Counted from the first letter of the stretch, positions 1-10,028 are shown. The stretch: 63,761 nucleotides of DNA from an uncultured Bdellovibrionales bacterium (GCA_964500125.1 CAZCMV010000005.1:1-63761); one strand, 5' to 3'. The notes: a model not told the origin generated them from the letters alone. Numbers and translations: made by a program.

Positions 1-54
1 GATAAGGATTGGGGGGGTTCACAATAATATTTTGAAGATCAATTTTTTGGTATT

Positions 55-89
55 TCATAAAAAAAATCAGGGTGACCATCGGCCACCCT
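55..89 (-). terminator. Rho-independent terminator downstream of the 49-aa peptide gene
   Basis: On the minus strand, AGGGTGGCC-GAT-GGTCACCCT forms a 9-bp stem with 1 mismatch. A T8 run follows it. Confidence 0.5.
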
Positions 90-115
90 TACGAAAAGAT
101 TCGCGCAAAAAATTA

Positions 116-265
116 TTAATCGCACACGGAAAATGGGCATTTTTTCCTGGAATCAGGAATTTTGCATTTTCCTGTTCCACCACAAAGAGGTGCTGGTCGA
201 TCCATTTTTGCCCTGCCCATTTCTGGTGCAACGATTATGCCTTCCTGAACAATAATCTTTTTCAT
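116..265 (-). CDS. Small Cys-rich peptide, 49 aa, shorter than the smallest ORFs in the supplied track (60 aa)
   Basis: ATG at 265 is preceded by GGAGGAAGGAG, and TAA lies at 118-116. Translation: MKKIIVQEGIIVAPEMGRAKMDRPAPLCGGTGKCKIPDSRKKCPFSVCD. It has its own promoter and terminator. Confidence 0.45.
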   Translation of the reverse strand: MKKIIVQEGIIVAPEMGRAKMDRPAPLCGGTGKCKIPDSRKKCPFSVCD

Positions 266-363
266 TAACTACTCCTTCCTCCAGATTATCTGGAAACAAA
301 AGACAAACCAATTTGCTTTTTCCCGATAAGCCCCACGCTTGTCAGGCAGAAAGAACTGCATAT

Positions 364-391
364 ATATTACAACTTTTTAAATTTTTGTCAA
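364..391 (-). promoter_or_regulatory. Sigma70-like promoter TTGACA-16-TAATAT
   Basis: Reverse complement of 386-391 is TTGACA and of 364-369 is TAATAT. The promoter points toward the 49-aa ORF, giving a leader of about 90 nt. Confidence 0.5.
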
Positions 392-432
392 CTTCCAAGC
401 ACTGTAAGTGCCGGTGCTTCTTCTTATTGTTG

Positions 433-2226
433 TTATTCCCCCTCTCCATTATCCTCATCATCATCTTGACTACCAAGGTCTTCGAAAACACCGTTCCAAG
501 TATAACGCATAGGTACACCAGGAGCAGATGCTTTGCGTTCGACTTTTTTTGGCTCAACGTTCTGACTCTCCGCTGAAATAGCTTCTTCTTTTGGAGTAAG
601 ACGCACTAAAGTCAATGTTCCAAACTGTTTCTTTTCTATAACATCATATTTATCGGTATATTTGGAAACCTTGGAATCAAGACTGCTATTGGAAACAAAG
701 ACCAGCATATAGTTTCCTTTGCGATACACCTTGGTCACTCGAAGATCTTCATATGGAATACCCCTTTTGGCAACATGATAAAGAATCGCTCTGCGATATT
801 GAGACTCGCTGTTGAAATATACCGGATCATTATTAATTCTGTATATTTCTTCCACATAATCGGCTATTTCCCGTTGCTGCGCAAGAGTTACACGCGTGCG
901 TTCTTTCAAAATTCGATCAGCAAAATCAGGAATTGCCTGTTCTTGTGCTTTTGCAAGCTGGGAAAATCGTTCGCCCAGATAAATAAGATTGACACATATG
1001 AAAAATGCGGAAATCGCGATTACGGCCAGATATTTTTTGCGTAAGATTTTCCCGATCGTTTCCATGCTTATTCCCAAGAAGAACAGTGTCGATGGGATAA
1101 GCAATAAATAAAAGCGCGGTGCAAGTTTAAAAGCCAATGGAATAAACATAACGAACACCACTCCAGACCATAATCCGACAAGCAACAAAAAGTCTTTTTT
1201 AATACGTTCCCTTTCGCTTGTGAATCTCACACCAACAATGATTGCGAGTGCGAAAATCAAAATCATCCCGGCAATCCCAACCAAAGTATTATTACGATCA
1301 CCCCCACCGACACCGATTGAAACAATATCTCCTTCATGCAACAACTTTATTTTCGGCATTTCTGTTTTTTCGCGTCCGATCGCCAAAAGCATCGTTCCGT
1401 TGGTTACTTCGATGTATGAGCGGACAATTTTGTCAGCAAGAGTGTTGTCCAAATCACTGGACTTCTCGGATTTTTCCGTAATTGCCTTGAAAAATTCCTT
1501 GGTGTTTGCGCCTTGGGTTTTGATGTCATTCACAATAACTGGGATATATAAAAACAAAAAAACTAAGATTGCGCTTGCCCACGCCTTCCATGGCAATTTA
1601 GGACGCTTTAAGACAAGGAAAGCGACCACTGCGGTCGGAAGAGCCAAGAATACTAAGAAATGCATCTGGGTCGCGATCGCACAGGCAGTGGAAGAAACAA
1701 CAAACCATCTCGTTCGTTTCGCTTCGTTTTGATCCACTGCGCGAAGCAAACCATAAAATGCCAACAAAACAAAGAATGGGATGGCGTTTGGATTCCAGGC
1801 AAAACGAGAATACATCACCAGAAAATGCGAGCAAGCAACAATTGCTGCAATTGCCAATGACACGGAAATACTGAAGAATCTTCGCGAGAAAAGATAGACC
1901 AAAGGAATTGTCAAAATCCCGAAGATAAGCGTCGGATAAGCCATGCCTTGAGGAGTATCACCAAATACAAGCGCCCCCGCATATTGGAAATAATAGAAAA
2001 TCGGCCCCAAACGCAAAAATGTACCAGCAGCTTTTGGTCCCAGCAATTGCAATTCTCCAGGACCCTCTTGAATGGCAAGATCAGCAAGTTTCGCATCCCT
2101 TGATTGATCAAGTTCAAAATGCAGCCAGGGCGTGAAATTATATGCTCGCAAAAAAGTACCAAGGAGCATAATCGCCAAAAGCATGAATAATATCTTTTTG
2201 CTACTCAAATTTTTTATAGCTTCCAT
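433..2226 (-). CDS. GT-C fold membrane glycosyltransferase (ArnT/PMT, GT39/GT83-like)
   Basis: 597-aa polytopic ORF. The N-terminal pattern FLRAYNF..LLGPKAAGT..GPIFYY..YSRFAWNPNAIPFF is typical of ArnT/PMT-type enzymes. It is paralogous to the N-terminus of 6502..8997. Confidence 0.8.
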   Translation of the reverse strand: MEAIKNLSSKKILFMLLAIMLLGTFLRAYNFTPWLHFELDQSRDAKLADLAIQEGPGELQLLGPKAAGTFLRLGPIFYYFQYAGALVFGDTPQGMAYPTLIFGILTIPLVYLFSRRFFSISVSLAIAAIVACSHFLVMYSRFAWNPNAIPFFVLLAFYGLLRAVDQNEAKRTRWFVVSSTACAIATQMHFLVFLALPTAVVAFLVLKRPKLPWKAWASAILVFLFLYIPVIVNDIKTQGANTKEFFKAITEKSEKSSDLDNTLADKIVRSYIEVTNGTMLLAIGREKTEMPKIKLLHEGDIVSIGVGGGDRNNTLVGIAGMILIFALAIIVGVRFTSERERIKKDFLLLVGLWSGVVFVMFIPLAFKLAPRFYLLLIPSTLFFLGISMETIGKILRKKYLAVIAISAFFICVNLIYLGERFSQLAKAQEQAIPDFADRILKERTRVTLAQQREIADYVEEIYRINNDPVYFNSESQYRRAILYHVAKRGIPYEDLRVTKVYRKGNYMLVFVSNSSLDSKVSKYTDKYDVIEKKQFGTLTLVRLTPKEEAISAESQNVEPKKVERKASAPGVPMRYTWNGVFEDLGSQDDDEDNGEGE

Positions 2227-2295
2227 TTTTCTTTTTTTTAAGCTAAAATTAAAGCAAATTAATCACATTCATATTATACCCCGCTGCAATCCACT

Positions 2296-4554
2296 ATGCA
2301 ATCACTAAAAAACAAAACAAGATTATTTTCTCAATTACCCTTGAATATGCTTACCGTTATTATATCCTTCTTACTCGCTTTGACGATGTTTTTCTTCATC
2401 GAGCGTAAGTCCGTCGATCCAAGCATTATTCTCTTTGAAAACAACTTGGTTTTTTATGCTCTGATGTTTGCATTTGCAGCAGTACTTTGCACTTTAATAA
2501 TAATTAAACAAAAAAATAATTTTAAGAAAGCAACATTCTTTAAGGAGCTGGCCATAGCATTGATTCCTGCCGAGTTATCCCTGATTGCAGGGTTGTTTGT
2601 TTTTAATTACGAAACCCATGCAAATATCGCTTTCTATCTTTTCATTTTCCTATTTCCAGCAGCAGTCCTGTTTTTCATCATATTCTACCGAAATGATTTT
2701 CACGAAACAAAAGAAACTTCTGCAAAATTGTGGCTAAAAAGACAAGGAACTTTTTTTATTTTTGCGTTATTGCTTGTCGTTTCGACAAACATTTATTTTT
2801 CAACCAAAAATATAGGCAATTTTGCCGCTGTTGATGAACCGCTGTGGACTTTCGACCGCATTCCAGGTTATTGGAAAAATATTTCGGAGGGAGATTTTAA
2901 CAATACAGCGATAAGTGACAAACCTGGCATAACCGTGGCGTTACTTTCAGGAATCGGCCTTCTTCAAGTGGATCCATCCAACTATGAATCGAGAGGCGCG
3001 CAGCCTCTTGCAAATGACATTACAGTAATGAACAAAGCTTTTCGGTTGCCTATTGCAATTTTCTGCGCACTATCGCTTTTTTTCTTTTATTTTCTTTTGG
3101 AAAAATTGCTTGGGAAAAAAATCGCCCTTTTAAGCACTTCATTGATCGCCCTTTCTCCGCCCATTGTTGGCATGTCGCGCATTATCAATCCTGATGCTTT
3201 ACTTTGGGTTTTTGCTCCGCTCACCCTGCTTTCTTATTTTGTTTTTTTGAAAAACAGAACGCGCGCGATGCTTTTTGCTATCGGAACAATGTTGGGACTT
3301 TCATTGCTAACAAAATATGTTTCCAATATTTTAATAATCTTTATTTTGGTAGCTATTTTCATTGAAGCGATATTAACTTGCGAAAAATTATCAACGCGTG
3401 AAAAATATAAAAAATATTTCTCCCAAATGCTTGCAGACTTCGGCTCCATCTTGGCTATAGCGCTTTCAATATTTTACGTTCTGTTTCCGGCAGCCTGGCA
3501 GAAACCATCAAAACTTTTCTATGCCACTTTGGGAAGCCAAGCGTTTGCACCCGTCGCCACTGCTTTCTTGTTGATTCTGACAGTAATTCTTGCGGATACT
3601 TTTATTTTCAAAAATGCTTTTTTGAGACCGATTGTCGTTTTTTTAAACAAAAAGAAGATCTATTTTATAAGATCATTGTCTCTTATATTCACCATTTCAA
3701 CAGCTTTCGTTTTTGTTGACGTTTATCTCGGAATGAAACCTTTTGATTTTCAAGAAATTCTATCATCACCAAAAACCTCTTCACTTTCAATCGCATCCCT
3801 CGGAATTTTCACAGCTAATTTTTATCCTTTGATTTTTACTGTTATTCCTGTCACTATCTTGGGAATATTATATGCCACTACAAATATCTTCAGAAATTTC
3901 AAGCTGCTTGCGGAGGAAAAGCTGGTTTCCCTCTATTTAATAACGTTTGTTCTTTTATATTACCTAGCTACCACTGTAAGCGGCGTTTCTGCAACAATCC
4001 GTTATCAAATAGTACTTTTCCCTCTTTTGGGAATTCTTGCTGGGATCGGCATATCGCAAATATCCGACAAAATAAGCAAAAAATATTCCTATACAGCCAT
4101 GTTATCGATAGTGTTTTTTTCCGGAATTTGGGCACTTACAAGCACAGCACCACATTATTTAGGATATGTATCTTCCCTGCTTCCTAAAAAATACTTTGTG
4201 GACGTAAAAGACATGGGCGACGGTTCATATGAAGCCGCACAATTTCTCAACTCCCTGCCAGGCGCCGACAAGCTCTTTGTCTGGACTGATAAAAAAGGCG
4301 TGTGTAACTTCTTTGTTGGAGAATGCGATTCTTTTTCAGCCTCGGAAGAATTCAGGGCAAACAAAATAGATTATTTCATTATTTCCTCGGGCAGAAAGTC
4401 CCGCTCCTCAAACATTTTCCGCTCACGCATTTCAAATCCCTATGATTTCAATGAAATTTATAATAGCGAAGATTATTTGCATGAAATCATAATCAACCAA
4501 AGACCGGGAAATTATGTGCGCGTTCTGGAAGCGCAAAAATTTCTCAAAAAATAA
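2296..4554 (+). CDS. Large polytopic membrane protein, GT-C/PMT_2-like glycosyltransferase
   Basis: 752 aa with many TM helices. It carries the motif DEPLWTFDRIPGYW..ISDKPGITVALLSGIGLL and a soluble C-terminal domain (GDGSYEAAQFLN). It is a paralogue of 4614..6512. Confidence 0.7.
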   Translation: MQSLKNKTRLFSQLPLNMLTVIISFLLALTMFFFIERKSVDPSIILFENNLVFYALMFAFAAVLCTLIIIKQKNNFKKATFFKELAIALIPAELSLIAGLFVFNYETHANIAFYLFIFLFPAAVLFFIIFYRNDFHETKETSAKLWLKRQGTFFIFALLLVVSTNIYFSTKNIGNFAAVDEPLWTFDRIPGYWKNISEGDFNNTAISDKPGITVALLSGIGLLQVDPSNYESRGAQPLANDITVMNKAFRLPIAIFCALSLFFFYFLLEKLLGKKIALLSTSLIALSPPIVGMSRIINPDALLWVFAPLTLLSYFVFLKNRTRAMLFAIGTMLGLSLLTKYVSNILIIFILVAIFIEAILTCEKLSTREKYKKYFSQMLADFGSILAIALSIFYVLFPAAWQKPSKLFYATLGSQAFAPVATAFLLILTVILADTFIFKNAFLRPIVVFLNKKKIYFIRSLSLIFTISTAFVFVDVYLGMKPFDFQEILSSPKTSSLSIASLGIFTANFYPLIFTVIPVTILGILYATTNIFRNFKLLAEEKLVSLYLITFVLLYYLATTVSGVSATIRYQIVLFPLLGILAGIGISQISDKISKKYSYTAMLSIVFFSGIWALTSTAPHYLGYVSSLLPKKYFVDVKDMGDGSYEAAQFLNSLPGADKLFVWTDKKGVCNFFVGECDSFSASEEFRANKIDYFIISSGRKSRSSNIFRSRISNPYDFNEIYNSEDYLHEIIINQRPGNYVRVLEAQKFLKK

Positions 4555-4563
4555 CAAGGCAAC

Positions 4564-4588
4564 ATCCTAGACATTCAATGTCTAGGAT
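4564..4588 (+). terminator. Hairpin ATCCTAGACATT-C-AATGTCTAGGAT after the GT-C gene
   Basis: Near-perfect palindrome followed by TTTAAAT. It belongs to a small palindrome family; a second copy lies at 25762..25780. Confidence 0.45.
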
Positions 4589-4613
4589 TTAAATAACTCC
4601 TAACAAACACGAC

Positions 4614-6512
4614 ATGAAAAGATTATCCAAAGAAAATATATTTATCATTTCAATCTTATCAATATCCGTGATGATGTTTTTTGCATTCGGTTTTTTTCAT
4701 TTAGGAAAATTTGAGACAACCGATGAACATCTTTGGAAATATGGTCGCATTAAACAATATTGGACCGCACTTGCCAAGCAAAATTGGCAAAAGACTTATA
4801 TCAATGACAAACCAGGGGTTACGGTTGCTTTAATTTCCGGGATTGGCTTGCTTTCTGAACAAGATCCGAAAGTCAATCAATATCTAGCAGATGATTCCGG
4901 AATAGAAAAGGGTCTTTTTGAAAAATATAATTACCAGCAAACGGAAATTACCAATTTCCGTTTCCGTCTACCAATCCTCATTTTTGCTTCACTTTCACTC
5001 TTGCTTTTCTTTTATCTTGCGTGGCAAGCGTTTTCTTCCAAATGGATCGCACTATTCTCGACAATATTAATTGCAACCAATCCGATTCTACTTGGAATGT
5101 CGCAGATCATCAATCCTGACAGTTTTTTCTGGATCTTCGGCGGACTGTCCGCCATTTCCTATATCGCCCTTTTGAATACTAAACAGAAAAAATTTATTTT
5201 CATCTGCGGCATTCTGACTGGATTTGCCCTGCTTTCCAAATACACTGCTTTCACACTTTTTCTTTTTTACGCCTTGGCACTTTTCGCCAAGCTTATTTTT
5301 CAAAAACCTGAAGAAGCGAAAAAAAATGATTGGAAAATATTATTCCAACGAATCGGAGAAATAGCGAAAATATTTTTAATTTCAATCGCAATTTTTTCTT
5401 TTTTTCTTCCTGCGGTTTTTGTTAATCCGGAATATCTTTTCAAAGGCATTGGCCAATTTTTCAATTGGAAAAGTGTTTCCCTATTGGCAATGATGTTTTT
5501 AGCGCTCGCCATGATCACTATTTATACCAAAGACTTCTTCAATAAAATACTTTCTTCACTTTCCAAATACAAAAATGTTTTTGCGATATCTGCATGCCTT
5601 CTGTTTTCTCTGCTGCTTGCAATTTCGTTTATCAACGTTTGGACAGGCCAAAACATTGCCCCTGTTGATGCAATGCGCGACGCAGCATATGCTAATGAGC
5701 CGAAAGAATTTAATTTCAAACCCGTTATAAACAAGAATGACAATCTTGTTATTAAAAACGCCCGCTTTTTTCTGATGGAAGCATATCCTTTCATTTTTTC
5801 TCTAAGCCCGCTTATTTTAGGGGCGGTAATTTTTGTAAGTTACCTTTCTTGGAAAAAGAAGCTTCAAGACGAAATAGCATATCCCGTAGTAGCAATATTT
5901 CTTTTTTCACTCGCCTATTTCGCTTCAACTATTTCTGCAGGCGTAGTAACAAATGTGCGTTATTCTATCGCGCTCTATCCATTGCTCGCAATCGTCGGAG
6001 CTTTGGCAATAATGAAACTTGGAGGTTTGCTAAATTTTGATACTAAAAAATTCAACATTATTATTTCGTTGATAATTATTATTTTCGGATTATTTACTTT
6101 TTGGTCAATGAAACCATTTTACTTCAGTTATACGAATTTTCTTTTGCCGCAAAAATATACAATCCATGACTCTTGGGGACACGGCTCATATGAAGCCGCC
6201 AATTATTTAAATTTTCTTCCTAACTCGGAAAAATTGATAATTTGGTCCAACAGCGATACAGTCTGCCGTTTTTTCAAAGGCAAATGTCTGCGCAGTCGCA
6301 AAATAGACCTTGCCAAAGTAACACCTGATTATTTTGTGATTTCCAAACGCGGCGCGCTCAAAACAAGCAACCGATTCTTACTACTTAATAATCCTAATGA
6401 AAAGAAAGACAGCGACTATTATTTCAATAATTTGAAAAAACTTTCCGTTTGGGAGTTGTTAATAGATAACCGGGAAGATAATTTCATAAGAGTGATAAAA
6501 TATGAAAGATAA
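4614..6512 (+). CDS. GT-C/PMT_2-like membrane glycosyltransferase paralogue
   Basis: 632 aa. Contains TDEHLWKYGRIKQYW..NDKPGVTVALISGIGLL and a C-terminal GHGSYEAANYLN. It is collinear with 2296..4554. Confidence 0.7.
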   Translation: MKRLSKENIFIISILSISVMMFFAFGFFHLGKFETTDEHLWKYGRIKQYWTALAKQNWQKTYINDKPGVTVALISGIGLLSEQDPKVNQYLADDSGIEKGLFEKYNYQQTEITNFRFRLPILIFASLSLLLFFYLAWQAFSSKWIALFSTILIATNPILLGMSQIINPDSFFWIFGGLSAISYIALLNTKQKKFIFICGILTGFALLSKYTAFTLFLFYALALFAKLIFQKPEEAKKNDWKILFQRIGEIAKIFLISIAIFSFFLPAVFVNPEYLFKGIGQFFNWKSVSLLAMMFLALAMITIYTKDFFNKILSSLSKYKNVFAISACLLFSLLLAISFINVWTGQNIAPVDAMRDAAYANEPKEFNFKPVINKNDNLVIKNARFFLMEAYPFIFSLSPLILGAVIFVSYLSWKKKLQDEIAYPVVAIFLFSLAYFASTISAGVVTNVRYSIALYPLLAIVGALAIMKLGGLLNFDTKKFNIIISLIIIIFGLFTFWSMKPFYFSYTNFLLPQKYTIHDSWGHGSYEAANYLNFLPNSEKLIIWSNSDTVCRFFKGKCLRSRKIDLAKVTPDYFVISKRGALKTSNRFLLLNNPNEKKDSDYYFNNLKKLSVWELLIDNREDNFIRVIKYER

Positions 6513-8997
6513 GTTTATTAGACATCTCAAGTTTCTCAAGAAATTTATCGTAACGCATCAAGTCGCAATTATACTCTTGACCATCATATTGTTTGGCGCC
6601 TTTTTGCGCTTAGACGATTTTTCCAATTTGGCACGCTTCAATCAAGATCAGGTACGCGATGCGCAAATTATCGACGCGATGGCAAAGGGAGAATCCTTAC
6701 CACTCCTTGGTCCCAAAGCGGGTGGTACAACATTTAAGCTTGGTCCCGCTTTTTATTATCTGCAATATCTTTCTGGCATAATTTTCGGCTTTACCCCTTC
6801 AGGCATCGCTTTTTTCGTGCCAATTTTAGCCATTTTTTCCATTGGCTTATTCTATCTACTGCTTCGCAATATATTTTCCGCAAAGATATCACTGACGCTT
6901 ACTTTTTTATATGCCATATCTTTCTATGCGATCAAGTATTCCCGCTTTGCTTGGAACCCAAATTCGATTCCCTTTTTTCTTTTCGCTTTCATCTTGCTGC
7001 TGCTTCCCATAATCAGCAGGAAAGCCAAAACATATCACCACCTTCTTCTTGGTTTAGTAATCGGCATCGGCATGCAATTGCATACCACTATGCTGATATT
7101 GATGCCACTATTTTTGTTTTTGGTCTATTTTTATGCCTTTTGTAAAGACAGCGAATTGAAGATAAATTTTTCAATAAAAAAACTCGCCAAGTCTGATATA
7201 AAATTCAAGAAAATTAATCCAGTCAAAATCTTAAAGGGATTACTCGTTTCCTTGTTGATTATCATCGTTTTGAATTTGCCTTTTTTTGTTTATGACTTCC
7301 AATATGAAGGCAGGAATATCAAAGCATTTTTTGCCGGCGCGGGAACAAAAACAGAAAAAACCGTTTCTTTTCCCAAAAAAATCCTGTTGGACACACAACT
7401 ATTTGCACAAGGTTCCACATATGTCTTGACCGGATATGAGCCACAGAAAAACTGGCTTAATCCTATCAAATTGCTTCGCTCAAAATCCCTATCCGAAATA
7501 TCATTGGCCGTTTTCAGCTCATCCTTATTGCTTGTTGGAGCATATTTACTCTACAGAAGAATCAGAAAAGAAAAAGATGGGACTGCAAAAAATACCTTAT
7601 TAATAGTTGCGTCTTTTTCTATATTGTCTTTTTTGCTCTTTCTGCCACTGGGCAATGAACTCAATATTCGTTTCTTCATAACTTTGATCTTTTTGCCATT
7701 TATATTACTCGGACTTATCTTAGAAAAAATATCACAAAAATATAACAAAATCTTATTATTAGCGTTGCTCGCATTCATCTTGTCTTTTTTCTTCTTAAAC
7801 ATAAACACTTATTCCAAAACATATGATCTTGAAAATTACCGTGCGCCGGAAAGCGCCTATGGCGGCATAAGCGTCGGCGAAGCTGAAAAAATAGCAAAAT
7901 TCATTTTAGATAAAAGCAATCAAGCTCAAAAAAATCCTTACTATGAAAAATTTGAATTTTCCCGCTCAGTTGTTTATTTCGCTCAAAAAGATGGGGTAAA
8001 AGTCTCCGCTTACTCGGAAAAAAACGGCCTACCTGAAAACGGAATGCTTTTTGTCATTGCAAAAAAAGAATCCCTGGATAAATTATTGAAAGAGAAAAAT
8101 CGCAACTATGAAATTATTGATTCCTTTTCCATTGGCAGGTTTTTTGTTATTGCATTGCTACCAAAGGAATTTGCGGAATGTAAACTTGGTTTTATAACAG
8201 ACCTTCACACAAAGCGACCCAAATCAACCCCAAAAAAACTCGATATTACCGAAACAAGAACTTTGCAAAATTTTCTAACAAAAATGAATGATGACTTTAA
8301 ACCAGATCTTGTTTTTGATGGCGGTGACACAATAGAAGGAACAAATCGCAAGGGACAAAAATCAATTGATGATTATTTAACAACCCTGTCACATTTTGAA
8401 AAATTATCAGTTCCAAGTTATCACGTGATTGGCAACCATGATTTGAGGGGTTTAAGTAGAATAGAGTGGGCAAGGTTAAATAAAAAAACAGATACCTATT
8501 ATTATATTGACCACAAAGGATTTAGATTTTTTGTTTTAGATGGCAGTGACAGAAGTGATGGGGATAAAAACCGATATGCTATGTCTGATATGCAGATCAA
8601 TTGGCTTGAAAAATCTCTAAGCGAGACCGAAAAACCAAAAATTGTTTTTATTCACTACCCATTATTTCAGCAACGCCTTCTTGGCGGTGATAAAATACTG
8701 AGCGATTCACAGGCATTGCAACTGCATGAATTGTTTTCCAAAAACAATGTGCTGGCAGTGTTTTCAGGACACACTGAAACATTGAGTTACGAAGAACGTG
8801 ACAGCGTAAGATATTTTGTCCTTCCTGGAACAGACCGGAGTCAAAAAAAACCGGTTCATTGGTACGAGTGTTTTTCTGAAATAACTTCCCGTGAAAACAA
8901 AGTTAATGTGGATCTTTATTATAAAAAATCAATTGGGAAAGGATCATATGAAAAGCTCCCAATTCCTTCCGAAAAATATGATGGAATCGAAAAATAA
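6502..8997 (+). CDS. Fusion protein: ArnT/PMT-like GT-C membrane domain plus a C-terminal calcineurin-like metallophosphoesterase
   Basis: 831 aa. The N-terminal roughly 430 aa are paralogous to 433..2226 (LLGPKAGGT, YSRFAWNPNSIPFF). The C-terminus carries GFITDLH, GGDTIEG, VIGNHDL and FSGHTE. Confidence 0.8.
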   Translation: MKDKFIRHLKFLKKFIVTHQVAIILLTIILFGAFLRLDDFSNLARFNQDQVRDAQIIDAMAKGESLPLLGPKAGGTTFKLGPAFYYLQYLSGIIFGFTPSGIAFFVPILAIFSIGLFYLLLRNIFSAKISLTLTFLYAISFYAIKYSRFAWNPNSIPFFLFAFILLLLPIISRKAKTYHHLLLGLVIGIGMQLHTTMLILMPLFLFLVYFYAFCKDSELKINFSIKKLAKSDIKFKKINPVKILKGLLVSLLIIIVLNLPFFVYDFQYEGRNIKAFFAGAGTKTEKTVSFPKKILLDTQLFAQGSTYVLTGYEPQKNWLNPIKLLRSKSLSEISLAVFSSSLLLVGAYLLYRRIRKEKDGTAKNTLLIVASFSILSFLLFLPLGNELNIRFFITLIFLPFILLGLILEKISQKYNKILLLALLAFILSFFFLNINTYSKTYDLENYRAPESAYGGISVGEAEKIAKFILDKSNQAQKNPYYEKFEFSRSVVYFAQKDGVKVSAYSEKNGLPENGMLFVIAKKESLDKLLKEKNRNYEIIDSFSIGRFFVIALLPKEFAECKLGFITDLHTKRPKSTPKKLDITETRTLQNFLTKMNDDFKPDLVFDGGDTIEGTNRKGQKSIDDYLTTLSHFEKLSVPSYHVIGNHDLRGLSRIEWARLNKKTDTYYYIDHKGFRFFVLDGSDRSDGDKNRYAMSDMQINWLEKSLSETEKPKIVFIHYPLFQQRLLGGDKILSDSQALQLHELFSKNNVLAVFSGHTETLSYEERDSVRYFVLPGTDRSQKKPVHWYECFSEITSRENKVNVDLYYKKSIGKGSYEKLPIPSEKYDGIEK

Positions 8998-8999
8998 AT

Positions 9000-9932
9000 T
9001 TATCCCCTTCTTTTTAAGTATGCTGGCAAGGCCATGGCATTTACCAACATCATCAAAAACCTGCCGAAAAGTGCCACCGCCACTGCCTGAGATGCGCTAA
9101 TACCAAAAATGCCAAAAAATGCAATATACGCCCACTCTTTGAGACCTATGTTGCCAATGCTTATAGGCAAAGAAGTAACTACGCTTGTCATGAAAACTAT
9201 TGAAAGGAAATCGGTCAGATTTATGTTAACATGCAGTGCCTGAAATGAAGCGTAGTTTAAAATTGCCAGACCAGTAAAAACATATAATGCTGTCCAAAAA
9301 CTCACCGAAGTTATGGCTTTTTTATTATTAAATTCCTGCAATGCTCCTAGCACTGGTTTTACTAGTTCCGGAAAATGACTTGCTAACTTTTTGGCAAAAG
9401 TTGTTTTGGAAAATATCATAAAAATAATAAAACAGCTCAATGCCACGGTCATAAGAACTATGATCGACATCAACCAATCGTTTTTTCTCACTGTTTCATT
9501 AGAAAGACCAAAAATTATCGCAAAAAATACAGTTACAATAAGTCCGCTTATACGATCCATAATTACAGTCGCCACAGCCTTTTTTTTATTGCCTTCCTTT
9601 CCAGCCATCGCCAAAGCACGATAGGTATCGCCTCCGATTGTTGAGGGTAAAAAAGTATTAATAAAAGATCCCGTAAGATAACGAAAAAAACTTTGCCACA
9701 CATTCATCTTAAAACCTAGGCTTGCAGAGATATATTTCCATTTAATTGCTGAAAAGAAAACACTCAACACATAGACAATTATAAAAACAAAAATTCCCCA
9801 AAAGGAAACTCCACGCAACAATTCTAAAAACTTTTCCCAATCAATCTTAAAAACAAGCCAAGTAATGAGCAATAGGCTTATGAAAATTTTTAATACAAGT
9901 TTAATTATTTTATTTTTATCAAATTGAGCCAT
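9000..9932 (-). CDS. Flippase-like / lysylphosphatidylglycerol-synthase TM-region family (UPF0104) membrane protein
   Basis: 310 aa with about 8 TM helices. The sequence style (GDTYRA motif region) matches the UPF0104 proteins usually found next to GT2/GT-C genes. Confidence 0.7.
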   Translation of the reverse strand: MAQFDKNKIIKLVLKIFISLLLITWLVFKIDWEKFLELLRGVSFWGIFVFIIVYVLSVFFSAIKWKYISASLGFKMNVWQSFFRYLTGSFINTFLPSTIGGDTYRALAMAGKEGNKKKAVATVIMDRISGLIVTVFFAIIFGLSNETVRKNDWLMSIIVLMTVALSCFIIFMIFSKTTFAKKLASHFPELVKPVLGALQEFNNKKAITSVSFWTALYVFTGLAILNYASFQALHVNINLTDFLSIVFMTSVVTSLPISIGNIGLKEWAYIAFFGIFGISASQAVAVALFGRFLMMLVNAMALPAYLKRRG

Positions 9933-10028
9933 TCGCTATTTTTAAGTTAAAGATTAAAAGAACACAAGTTAAAAGAAATTTCTATTACATCTTTTTTCCT
10001 TTCACTTTTCACCTTTAACTCTCCATTT

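Noticed and set aside
1220-1732. Long antisense or overlapping ORFs in the track (for example 1220-1732, 13217-13861, 33499-34047, 36394-37086, 25090-25569, 42458-42901, 47037-47474).
   Set aside because: Each lies entirely inside a well-supported gene on the opposite strand or in another frame. They have low-complexity or atypical composition and no Shine-Dalgarno sequence. They are treated as shadow ORFs.
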